Source: Alloascoidea hylecoeti
Lineage: Eukaryota
Direction of reading: 5' to 3'
Length of the DNA: 64,000 bases
Assembly (NCBI GenBank): GCA_001600815.1
Contig: BCKZ01000021.1
Span: 248,001 to 312,000, forward strand
Position numbers and translations under genes: made by a program
Shown: piece after piece, positions 44,898-55,344 of the stretch
How the letters are laid out: the number at the start of each line of letters is the position of its first letter
Numbering within the stretch: position 1 is the first letter of the stretch
The notes under the pieces: generated by a model
What the model was told of the DNA's origin: nothing
The model's database searches: none
The model's input: only the letters and a program-made list of their open reading frames with translations

Positions 44898-47642
44898 TTA
44901 TGATAATTGGATTTTATGTAATTGTGAAACCACGTAAGTATCAAATTGAAAAATATTTATGAAGACAATGCAATAATATACCCTACCAATTAATGCTAAT
45001 TAGGGTTTAGTTTTGTAATTAGTGTTCCAATTCTACTCTTATATCGATGAAGACTTGAAAACTTAAAGAGTTAGTTAAATAATATTGGAAACTTTTTCCC
45101 AGAAGTATCTTACATAGGAGCTGTATTTCAAATAGCTTAATAAAATAATGAGAAATAGCTATGGATATTTAAAAAATGAGTGCGGAATCTTTTGTTTAAA
45201 TAGTATATTCAGCAAACTAATTTGGCTCTTGCAGTATCAATTGCATTTGCTCATATCTACAGTGTAGATAAATACCAAATGAAAACTTTTAATCAATCAT
45301 TTATCTAGCTTATCACTGTAAATATGACTCCAATCAGTGAAGGATATGGTTGTCCAATTGGGTACATAACCTCTCTTTCTCCTTAATTCCTACCAGGTTT
45401 GATATCTGTAAATCACAATTTCAGCAACATTAATCATTTAACAGTTTTCAGAGTATATCCAAAGTTCTCTTCTCTGTGACTAAAGGCATTTCAATTGGAT
45501 TCCATTTAAATATCAAAAATATCGGTGTTTTTAAATAACGCGTAGGTTACAGGTACTTTATTTAGCGCCCAATTCAACTATCGATTATTTAATATATTAT
45601 GATATGTCTAAAAAGCTACAATATGTTATATATAGCTAATGGTTGGAACTAAATAGTACTATATAATAGTATATTTCCTATTCTAAGATCTAAATAAATT
45701 TAAAGGAATAATTTACTCTCCGAATTCGTGTTACATTCGGTGTGTGTAGGTGTTTCGGACCAGGATGTAACTAAAAGTTCGGTGTCAGTGTGATACACTT
45801 TTCGCTATTTTGTTTAAGTTCATCCCACATTCGAGTTAGAATTCGTTAGAAATTTTGGTGGCAGTAGTTTAAAGGAATGATCGTCACCCACATATTTCCC
45901 TCCAATTGCCATACCGAATTCAGATTCGAAATATTGTATGAAGATAATCTAATGGTACAGTGTACTTTCTAAGGAATTACATGTAATTAGTTAATCAAGT
46001 TATAATACTGAGTCTGACGCGTAGTTCGAATTCGTTGATTATCATTAAATATAATTAAGAAGAGAATATCATATAAAGTGTAATATAATTAAGTTCTAAA
46101 ATATTGTTAATCAATGCTTCCTTCCCAATCCATGTCTTTCAATCATTTCTTTTTGGAGGTGAGATTTGGGACCATTAAGAGTTAGAATGTTTCTGGAATT
46201 TTCCAGTCGAGTGACTTTTGATTTCACTTTGTTCGTTATATCTTATATTAGAGATTTAGCTATATCTAGTCTCATCAGATGTAAAAATTATTATATTGAA
46301 GTTTCTAGCCAAGTGTCTTTTGAATTTGCTTTGCCCAGTATAGATGGATTTATGAGTACTAGTTTTTTTTCTGGACCTCTTTGGGGTATAATGATTTTAT
46401 CCATAAGTTATATCTTACAGCCTTCAGAATATGTTAGTTGAAAATATTCAGCTTCTCTGTCTTCGGCACTGGATTTTTCTGTGTATTTTTCCCAGAAGAA
46501 ATAGGACTAGATTTCGCCATATTGATTTCATCCGTAAAACATTCCACACTTTCGCCAACAACGTCAAAGAAATATGCTTTATGACACCATTTTAAAGCAT
46601 CCGTATAATGTACTTCTAGACAATACTGCCCTTTTGGTGAAAGATTATGGGGACTGCTCTTATTTATAGATTACTCTACCGATGATAAAAGTGAAATCGA
46701 TTTATTAATGTTGCACAGCTTTATAAATATTTTAATGCTTTTGTATTCTCTTAATTTGTATGACGAACTCTCTTCCCTAACCTATTTTAGGACCGAAAGA
46801 TGTCATAGGACGGTTGGAGATATATTTCATCAACTAATACAATGCTATTAATAACTGTCGTTGTAAAGTTATTTTCCAATCTCGAATAAAATAAATGCAA
46901 TATCAGTTTTAGCTAGAAGAAAAAAAATTGCTCACCCTTTGCCACCCAAGAAGCGAACCATTCTCAGTAGATATTGGTGTATATTCATACATGTAACGCA
47001 TATGGGGACGATATCTACGTTAATTATGGGACCAGCTCCAAAAACGAGCTAAGTGTCACCCAAGAAACTAATTTTTTGGTTTCCAACATGCCGCAAATGC
47101 ACACCCTAATACGACAATATTCACTCGAATATGGCGAATTAGGAGCGAAAAAGCTGTACTTACACTACTCAAAATCATACTATACAAATTAAACAAGTCC
47201 TAATAACAATTGCAGTTGCATAATTCTCAAAAGCTAGGGTAATAATAAGACTAAAAATTAAATTTCAAAGTTCAAAAATTCTAATTTGTCTTCCATTTCC
47301 AATTTCAACTCTGATTAAAGAAATAAAATAGAATATAAACAATTAGTAATTAAGAGCACAATATTAAAAAACATAATAAGATAGATTAGGTAAAGTTAGC
47401 CAATAGACTTTTTTCCTATATTCCCAAAAACAATAATGACAAAAGAACTCCAAATAAAAAATTAAGTGTGAATGTGGGCATATGAACATTTAGAAAATAG
47501 AAATAGAGACTTCGAGTTTCATCATTGAATTATTCCCTAATTTTCTCTTTTTATTATTATATACAATTTAACTGTATCAACAAGATATATCCAAGAAGAA
47601 ATTCCAAGTTTTCTCACTGGTGTCATAACCAATACTAGGCTC

Positions 47643-49778
47643 TCAGTTTTCTTTATTATTTTCTAAATTTGTTTGAGTATTATTAGTATTAGCATTAGCA
47701 TTAGAATTAGAATTAATATTATTATTGGAATCATCATGTTGAGTATCATCATGTGATGAATTATCATTATCAATAGGTCCTAAATCATGATTTCTAATAA
47801 ATAATGTGCAAATTATTGCAGGTACACATAATATAGTACCAGTGATACATAATACTTTTTGAACATGCTTATAAGCATTAACTACCAGTTGTCTTTCTGT
47901 TGTTTCCCAAGTATATTTTTCAATAAAAGAAAAAGGTGAATCATAAGCAAATTGTCTAAGTGAATCCGGTAAACGTTTTGATATTTGTCTTGGTAATAGT
48001 TCTGTCCAAATTGCACCAGTTATTGCACTACCAAAAGCAGCACCAATATTAAAAGATGCTAAATAGATTGGTACAACAGTATGTAATTTATCAGGATCTG
48101 ATGAAACCTGAATTGATGCTTGTGCTGGATATGTAAATAAACCTGCTGCAAAACCTAAGAAACATAACGCACCAATTATACCTGAATGAGAATGTTCACT
48201 ACCACGAAATAACACTAACAATCCCATTGATGTAATCCAACAAAATGAACCAAAAGTAATAATTGGTTTCACATTTTTAACTTTTGTAATCATTAAACTT
48301 ATGAATGTACCAACTAAAACAGAAACAAAGGAATATAATGAAACAATTCGAGTTGCCGATTTAACTGATTCATGAACAGATATAACAAGAACAGTATACA
48401 TATAATCACCTTGCATATACCAAACAAGATTTAAAGACATTGCAATAATTAAAGCAGCCCAAATTCCTCTATTTCGAATTAAGTGAGATGTTACAATTGG
48501 ATAATCTGTACCAAACGTTTCCCATAATATAAACACTGGAACACAACATCCACCAACTACCAAAGGTGCAATTGTACTTGCTGAACTCCATGATCTTATT
48601 ATTCCACCTGATATAGTTAAAGGTACTAAGATTAAAATTTGTATTGCTGCTGCTAAAATTGTACCAATTGGATCTAAAGTGACTATAAATTTGACGACTT
48701 TGTTGATAGAGTGAAGATTCAAATTAGTGTTATTATTAATATTATTTTCATCTTTATTTTTATCAGCTGCATTTTTCCCTTTCTCATTTAAATTTATATG
48801 GTTATCTTGTTTATAATTTTGTTGATCCTTCAATGTTTTCCACTGATCAGTTTTAACTGCTTTGTATCGCATATGTAACAGGCATATAAGCAAAGGAATC
48901 GACATAACAGGCATTATAATTGCCCACATTCCAATACCCCATGACCATTTATCTCCTCCTAAAGCTTGGGCAATATCACCACCAATCCAAGTATTTACAA
49001 CAAACGGAATAGCTGGAACAAAATAACAAAATAGATTTGAATTAACACAAGTTAAATCTCCGATTAATAATTGTAAAGTTAATAGTAAACCTGTGTAACC
49101 GATTTGAAATAAAGTAGCACCGCCAGCGTAAGTTGAAACATTATTCGATTGAGATTCTACGAGGGTTCCGATTGAATAAAACAAAATGGATATGATTAAC
49201 ATTTCATGTCTTGGTAATTTTTCTTCCAATCTAGCCATCATTGGATGTATAGCGGCAGATACAGAACCATTTATCACATTAATTGTAGCTAATAATGAAT
49301 GTCTTGCAAAAGAGTTTGTAGCATAGGCTTGATAAACATTTCTTATTGTTAAATCCAATCCATAACTAAAAGTAACCAAAAATATACAAAAATATACAAA
49401 TGCTTGACCGATAGTTCCATATTGATTTGCGATTATCCGAACTTCCGTTTCAGGAAATTCATACCGATAATTATTGTCGCCTCTATCTTCATCCTCGTGA
49501 TGATGGTGGTGATGATGATGATGATGTTGTTGTGATGAGCCATTTGAATTGATATTATTGATATTAATATTATTCGTATGATAGGACAAACCACTATTGA
49601 TATGGTCTATTGAACTAAGAGAAGTTTCCAAATCTCCTTGTCGGGACTGAGTGTCGACGGAATTTTGAGACGGGACCAGATCATCAAAACTGATAGAATA
49701 CCGATCGCGGGATCGAGGTTGACTTGAGATGATGTCCAAGCCCGGGACCCCTACAGCATCCTGTGGCGAAAGGTTCAT
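47643..49778 (-). CDS. Siderophore-iron MFS transporter (ARN/SIT1 family)
   Basis: YGLD.TIR.VYQAYAT.SF..HSLL.T.NV, PF..NTWIGG, WSWGIGMWAII.P, W.MQGDY.YTVL, Y.SPF.FI..Y.W.T.ER..VV.AY..VQ..LCI.G. Confidence 0.92.
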   Translation of the reverse strand: MNLSPQDAVGVPGLDIISSQPRSRDRYSISFDDLVPSQNSVDTQSRQGDLETSLSSIDHINSGLSYHTNNININNINSNGSSQQHHHHHHHHHHEDEDRGDNNYRYEFPETEVRIIANQYGTIGQAFVYFCIFLVTFSYGLDLTIRNVYQAYATNSFARHSLLATINVINGSVSAAIHPMMARLEEKLPRHEMLIISILFYSIGTLVESQSNNVSTYAGGATLFQIGYTGLLLTLQLLIGDLTCVNSNLFCYFVPAIPFVVNTWIGGDIAQALGGDKWSWGIGMWAIIMPVMSIPLLICLLHMRYKAVKTDQWKTLKDQQNYKQDNHINLNEKGKNAADKNKDENNINNNTNLNLHSINKVVKFIVTLDPIGTILAAAIQILILVPLTISGGIIRSWSSASTIAPLVVGGCCVPVFILWETFGTDYPIVTSHLIRNRGIWAALIIAMSLNLVWYMQGDYMYTVLVISVHESVKSATRIVSLYSFVSVLVGTFISLMITKVKNVKPIITFGSFCWITSMGLLVLFRGSEHSHSGIIGALCFLGFAAGLFTYPAQASIQVSSDPDKLHTVVPIYLASFNIGAAFGSAITGAIWTELLPRQISKRLPDSLRQFAYDSPFSFIEKYTWETTERQLVVNAYKHVQKVLCITGTILCVPAIICTLFIRNHDLGPIDNDNSSHDDTQHDDSNNNINSNSNANANTNNTQTNLENNKEN

Positions 49779-52739
49779 AACACACGCGATCTACAAGTGA
49801 GGAGGTTAGAAAAAGACTCAGATAAAAGCAATCGATTATCTTGCTTCTGCAAGTATTTGATTAAGGATAAATGAATAAGCGATGTATGTTTCATGGTTTA
49901 TCATCCAATTAGGAATATAGCATCCTATATTGAGCCAGATTCAGCCGTATCTGGAGGTAAAGGATCAGATGTAATTTATAAAAAGGGGTAGTTTTCACCC
50001 AATTCGTAAATAAAGGTGAGTCATGCATGCGTGAAATCCTATTTCAATCCCGATTATCCCAATAATTTTAAAATTCTTAATCTTATAATTGCGTTCATTT
50101 CATTCATTTTCGAGCTTAAGTAGAGAAATGGTTAACTAGTGAAGAGGATAGCCGATCATTCTTAATCAGCAAGGTCGAATATTTAATTCAAAATGTAATC
50201 GCAATCAAGTGGATTCCATGACAAGATATTATGGTATGTTGGGCATGGTAAAGATTTGATGGAACAGAATATTAATGATCATATTATTTCCCAGACAAGA
50301 AAGACTACTACATTCATCATTCTATCATTCACTAAACAAGATTAGTGATAACAATAATTTTATCATTTCCCTGAACAGGACCTAGCGATAGCCGTAATCT
50401 TATCATCCCACAAACAGCACTAGTTATAACAATCAATATGTGCCAATACCCCTATGAGTGAACCTTCAATTTTTTTCAATGTATAATGATCAATTTATAT
50501 AAATGGACATGATTCTTTTTTGCGATTAGTTGAACTACCATAGAAAGCTCTTTCCTAGTTAGAATCTACTTATTTGATTCACATAAAGTTGATGATGTTT
50601 TTGTTAGGTTGCTAGAATCTGATGACATGGCAAATCTTAACGACTGACCTTTTTGGTGTAGTGGACGACAATCTCTATTGGTTATTACGTCACTCAAACC
50701 ATTTTACAAATTCACTACATATTGAACAGGTAGGATACCATGCTAAGCATTGCTCCAACAGGTATGATTACACCCTAGCTTATGAGAATTTAGATATTAT
50801 GAAATCTACCATATATTGGGGAATTATGGCCAAGTCAATGGCACTGAACTTGGTTACAGAGTAGATAATTTCAATTGAAGTCGATGGATACTACAACATG
50901 AGTTATGTGACGAGAATTTTGAATCTAATATATATATATGCATTTAATTTGAAGGGAAATTAACATTAAGTAGTAGCACCAACAGTTTCAATTTTAGTGA
51001 TAGCTGAGCATGAACTTTGACTAGTATTTTATTTCAGACAAATTACCGGAATATGAAATTTAAACAGTTTCAACTTTTCAAGTGCTGATCAGGAAAAAAT
51101 GCATAATTAACTAGGATATGTGGTACCCCTATAACTAATAGACACCCTATTGGCCTCGTTCTTTCCTCCGCATGGTTTCATTTGATTGTTTAATATTATT
51201 GAAAAGGAATTTAAAGGATCATAAAATTCATAATATTAAAAAAAAAAATGCTTTCGATTCCGCTTTGTAAGCCGTAGCTGCCATACGATATGTCAAGGTT
51301 TCTCGGATTATTTCAAAACTTGTTCCAAACTCTAATATCCAGCTCTAAATTCTCTAATTCTCGTTGTTGTTATATTTATGGACCCAGCATTCTATAGAGA
51401 TAACTTCAAAATTACACACAGGTCAGCTGAACATGCTTGCTCTTGAAGTAAAGTTAAAGTTCGTAAGGAGAAACTATGGGTCATCCTAGTTGTCTTTTTC
51501 GGTACATATAAAATTTGGTCAGGACGAGGTATGATCACCTCAAAGTCTTTAATCGATAAGCAAATTTGCTTAAATGATCCCCTAGCACTTCTACAAAACG
51601 AATGGTTATCATAAAGTAAGTTTCCTGTTCTGGGGTTCATACTTTATTAGAATGAATGGTTCTTAATATGGCCATTTGAATTTCCAAGGATGTGATTGAC
51701 TGATTGATGGTAGTAATTTGATAATATTCGATACATATTTTGTATCGTAGAGATAGGGCTGTAAAATGTGTTAAAGGAAAGGGAAGGATATGTGTGATGG
51801 TGTAAGCATGATATATCTTCAATGATCGATCCCGGTAAATTGAAAGTTGTTATGGATCTAGATATATTTTTACGCTTACACTGTACATGTTGCTTCTCTA
51901 AGAAGACAGAAACTCTATAATGGATGAAAATATGACATTAAGGTCGTAAGAAATGTAAACAGTAAACTCATTACGGCCGTTTGGCAGTAAAATATCCGCT
52001 CTAAAAACATCTTTGGTGTCCGATTATATTACTTTATCCGAGTACTATAGGCAGTTGAAGCCTTGAAGGTATAACTATTGGCGCCAGTACCTTAACTTGA
52101 TAAATCTGGTATCAATATCTATAATGATAGGATTATAATATTAATCTATAGGCCTATATAGCTATAGACCTTAAGTCCATAATACTCCATAGATTCGAGC
52201 CACTAATATTGCAGATATTACAATATTAATGTTTGTTTAGAAATTCCATGAATAATTACGTAATACGTATAACGGGAACATTTTAATTACCACTTTGAGA
52301 ACAGGGTTTCATTGGGGATGTCAGAACTTAAAAGTTTTATGAACGCTAACTATAAGTTCCAATTGCAAACTGTCACCTGTGATAGACTTATTTTAAATTT
52401 GTAATTACAATTGCAAACATTTTTTAATTCGATAAATATCTATCCCTTGATCTATTTCTTTTATTGAAGTGGAGATTACAATATTTACAATACTCCAGTT
52501 TAGAACTCAATTAAATTTAAATTCAGATTAATTAATTATATAAATATTATTGAGAAAACTAAAAACTTTAATTCAGAGAACAAATGCATAAAAATAAAAT
52601 AAAACAAATACAGAGGTAGATAGGAAATTTAATTAATTATTTTCTATTTTAAAATTTCATTAATCATATTTTCATTGTTATTAAGTGAATATTATTAATT
52701 ATAATTAATTTATTTTGTTTACTATATCTATTAATAGAT

Positions 52740-53378
52740 TTAAAGTAAAAGAGCAACGAGACCTGCGGCAACACCGAAGGCACTTGAACCAACTAAGATG
52801 GCACCACTGTTAGATGTACCGGAAGCTGATGCTGAACCGGAAGCGGAACCAGAGGCTTCAGATGAGCCGGAAGCTGAGGAAGATTTAGAAGATTTGGAAG
52901 AAGACTTGGAAGAACCCGAGCCAGTAGCTTCAGATGAACCAGTAGCTTCTGAAGAACCAGTAGCAGTAGCTTCTGAAGAACCAGTAGCAGTAGCAGCCTC
53001 GGAAGCAGAACCGGAAGCAGCCTCGGAAGCAGATTCAGTGCCAGTACTAGTTGCTTTGGTAGTTTTACCAGTTGCAGTGGCAGTAGCAGATGTGGTAGGA
53101 TTCTGTGGGACAGCAGAATTTGTGTAGAGATAGTCAGTTCTTCTATTAGATTGGTAATATTCATTATAATCTCTTAATAAAGTGGAGTAGTAAGCAACAT
53201 TTGAGGCAGAAATAGCACAACTGTTGTAAACACAGGTAAGCAAAGCATTTTCGTCAAGCTCATTTCCATTGTAGTCTTCAACACAAGAAGAAGCACAAGC
53301 TGGGTACCCGGTAACAGAGAAATCTGCGGCATAAGCCCGGGCAGCAAGGAGCATGATTGGTAGAATGAAAGATTGCAT
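52740..53378 (-). CDS. GPI-anchored Ser/Thr/Ala-rich cell-wall protein with a 4-Cys, partially CFEM-like N-terminus
   Basis: Signal peptide; YPACASSC...TCVYNSC; (T/A)GSSEA repeats; C-terminal NSG plus a hydrophobic GPI signal. Confidence 0.82.
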   Translation of the reverse strand: MQSFILPIMLLAARAYAADFSVTGYPACASSCVEDYNGNELDENALLTCVYNSCAISASNVAYYSTLLRDYNEYYQSNRRTDYLYTNSAVPQNPTTSATATATGKTTKATSTGTESASEAASGSASEAATATGSSEATATGSSEATGSSEATGSGSSKSSSKSSKSSSASGSSEASGSASGSASASGTSNSGAILVGSSAFGVAAGLVALLL

Positions 53379-53888
53379 GTTTAAAGATGTGAAAACGAGA
53401 GTAGAGGCTCAGCGAATAGTTCAAGTATTAGGGATATAAAAAATCTGAAAGAAAAAAAAATAAAGGAGGCTTGGAGGATTTAAATACAAATATATACGCC
53501 TGGAATTCTGGAGAAGAGAAAGGAAGAAATAATAATTTCGGCAGTTTTGCAGGTTTTCTTCCTGTGACCGCCACGATCTTCTGGGTGCTCATTTGTCCTG
53601 GTAGTAATTGCTAGCTAATATGGTTACTGCATGCATCTTCTTGGCATTTGCAGGCGTAATATCCACTGCGGAGCTGTTAAAATGGCTATTTCCCTCCATA
53701 AGTCTATAAATAGTTACAAATATGACCTGTCTCCTAGCTAATCATACTATAATAGTGCTTTGTTGCATCGATTAATAATTGAAATTTGAATTTATTATAA
53801 TTAATTTTTCATCAAGAATGCCGCTGTTGGATGAAAGGAAAATGGAGACAGGAAAAACAAGTGTGTTCAAGAGCACCGCAGAACCCTT

Positions 53889-54146
53889 CGCTGTAATGGC
53901 GTGTGGCGGAAGTGGATCAACTTGCCTGTGTTAAGCTGTCCTCATCACGTGAGGTGTCCGGTTCGAGTCTGGCGGTGGGCACTTAGTTTCTACACGAGTA
54001 ATCTGTAGAGCTTTGAGCCATAAGTACAGGAGATATTCTTCAGGGGAGCAATCCAGCAGAGAACTCCTACCGTTTGACTGCGAAGACGGGTGTCATCCTC
54101 TGTGTTATGGTGTGGCTGGCCTTGGAGTAGTCTGCGACTGTTTTTT
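53889..54146 (+). ncRNA. SCR1: Signal recognition particle RNA (7SL/scR1), copy B
   Basis: Same motifs as copy A, with three substitutions counted by eye; ends in T6. Confidence 0.9.
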
Positions 54147-54149
54147 ATG

Positions 54150-54660
54150 AAATAATAACAACCATTAAAAATGGCGTTTAATACAAAATGTACAGATCAA
54201 AGATGATCAAGACTCACAAATGACGATATTTAGACAGACAGCCGCTCGTTATAATAGCACATTAGTCCCTTTTACAACAAATTGGAAAACATGGTGGGGA
54301 TTCTTAGCAAAGATAAACAAAGATAAACAAAGAAAAGATCAAAGAAAATCCTGGATCAGTGGATTTTACACCGGCTAAACATACGAAATTATTCTCATCA
54401 TTGGGAATTTAAATCCAAACATCACATTAATGGATCACTATGTTTTCAACCAGGTATAGAAACAGAATTGCATATATTTAATAAATGTGAAATCAAGAAA
54501 ATGATATTCAAAACCCTATATGGTACAGATGTAACTTTGGAAGATTTGTTATGCCCGGCGATAACGAATCATGAGATTATCAGAAACTTGAGTTTGATTT
54601 CTGAGATAATATGGAATATAAGAGATTCATTACCCAGATATGAGATTACCTTGGCTTATC
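54150..54660 (+). mobile_element. 5'-truncated non-LTR retrotransposon ORF2 3' end (zf-RVT-like zinc domain)
   Basis: NWKTWWGFLAKIN, VDF/HRLNIRNYSHHW, LCFQPGIETELHIFNKC (C..ET..H.F..C), SEIIWNIR; frameshifted. Confidence 0.72.
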
Positions 54661-55344
54661 TCACTTATAATATATTGCCGGAATTGGGTTGCTGTTCTAC
54701 ATGCATATGGTACATGTATTGCATATGAATTCGGGTCACCTCTATTACGTTACTTATAAAATAGCCCATGAAGAGAGTTATTCCCTCAAGAGTTCTTCTC
54801 TAATCTTCCTTGTCTTTCAATAATCAATAATTTCAACATGATCCTTAAGCTTCAGTCGATCCCTCGTTACGTAGGCATGTTTGGTATACTAGTGATGTTA
54901 CTTAAGCTTGAATGTAAGCATTCAGGACCAACGATTACAATAGTACAGGAATATTAATGCTTACATTCAAATTCATTGTTTGGTTAATAACCATAATGAA
55001 AGGACAGATTAATTATAAAAAAATATTAATCCCTATAAACTGGCTACTAGTTTGCTCCTAGATCACGATAGTGCGTTCCCAATTGCAACAGGATAATTTT
55101 ATCGTGAAGTTTATAAAAATGATCCTGGTACCAGTTGGTGCCTTTAACTTCTAATTTGTTCTGTATCACAGAGATACTACTTCTCGTTTTTTGACCGATC
55201 GGAGAATAAACATCGCGTGCACCAAAAGCCGGGTAAGAATAACAACCGTACATTCACGCAAACCATCAAAAAAAAAAGTGGAAAAAGTGCGATAGAAAAA
55301 TTCAAGTTAAAAAACAAAACAAAACAAAACAAAAAAAATGAGCA

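Noticed and set aside
36400..52700. A viral nucleoprotein or glycoprotein gene accompanying the L gene
   Set aside because: No suitable intact ORF is seen near L. Highly degenerate fragments cannot be excluded by eye.
50100..52700. Short ORFs (50622..50864, 51392..51640, 51637..51822) as genes or TE relics
   Set aside because: No motif I can recognise; left unannotated.
53867..54660. SRP copy B as a pure retrocopy (7SL-LINE template-switch chimera)
   Set aside because: Similarity between the two SRP copies extends ~35-40 bp upstream of the predicted 5' end, which favours DNA-level duplication. Not fully excluded if the transcript has a leader.
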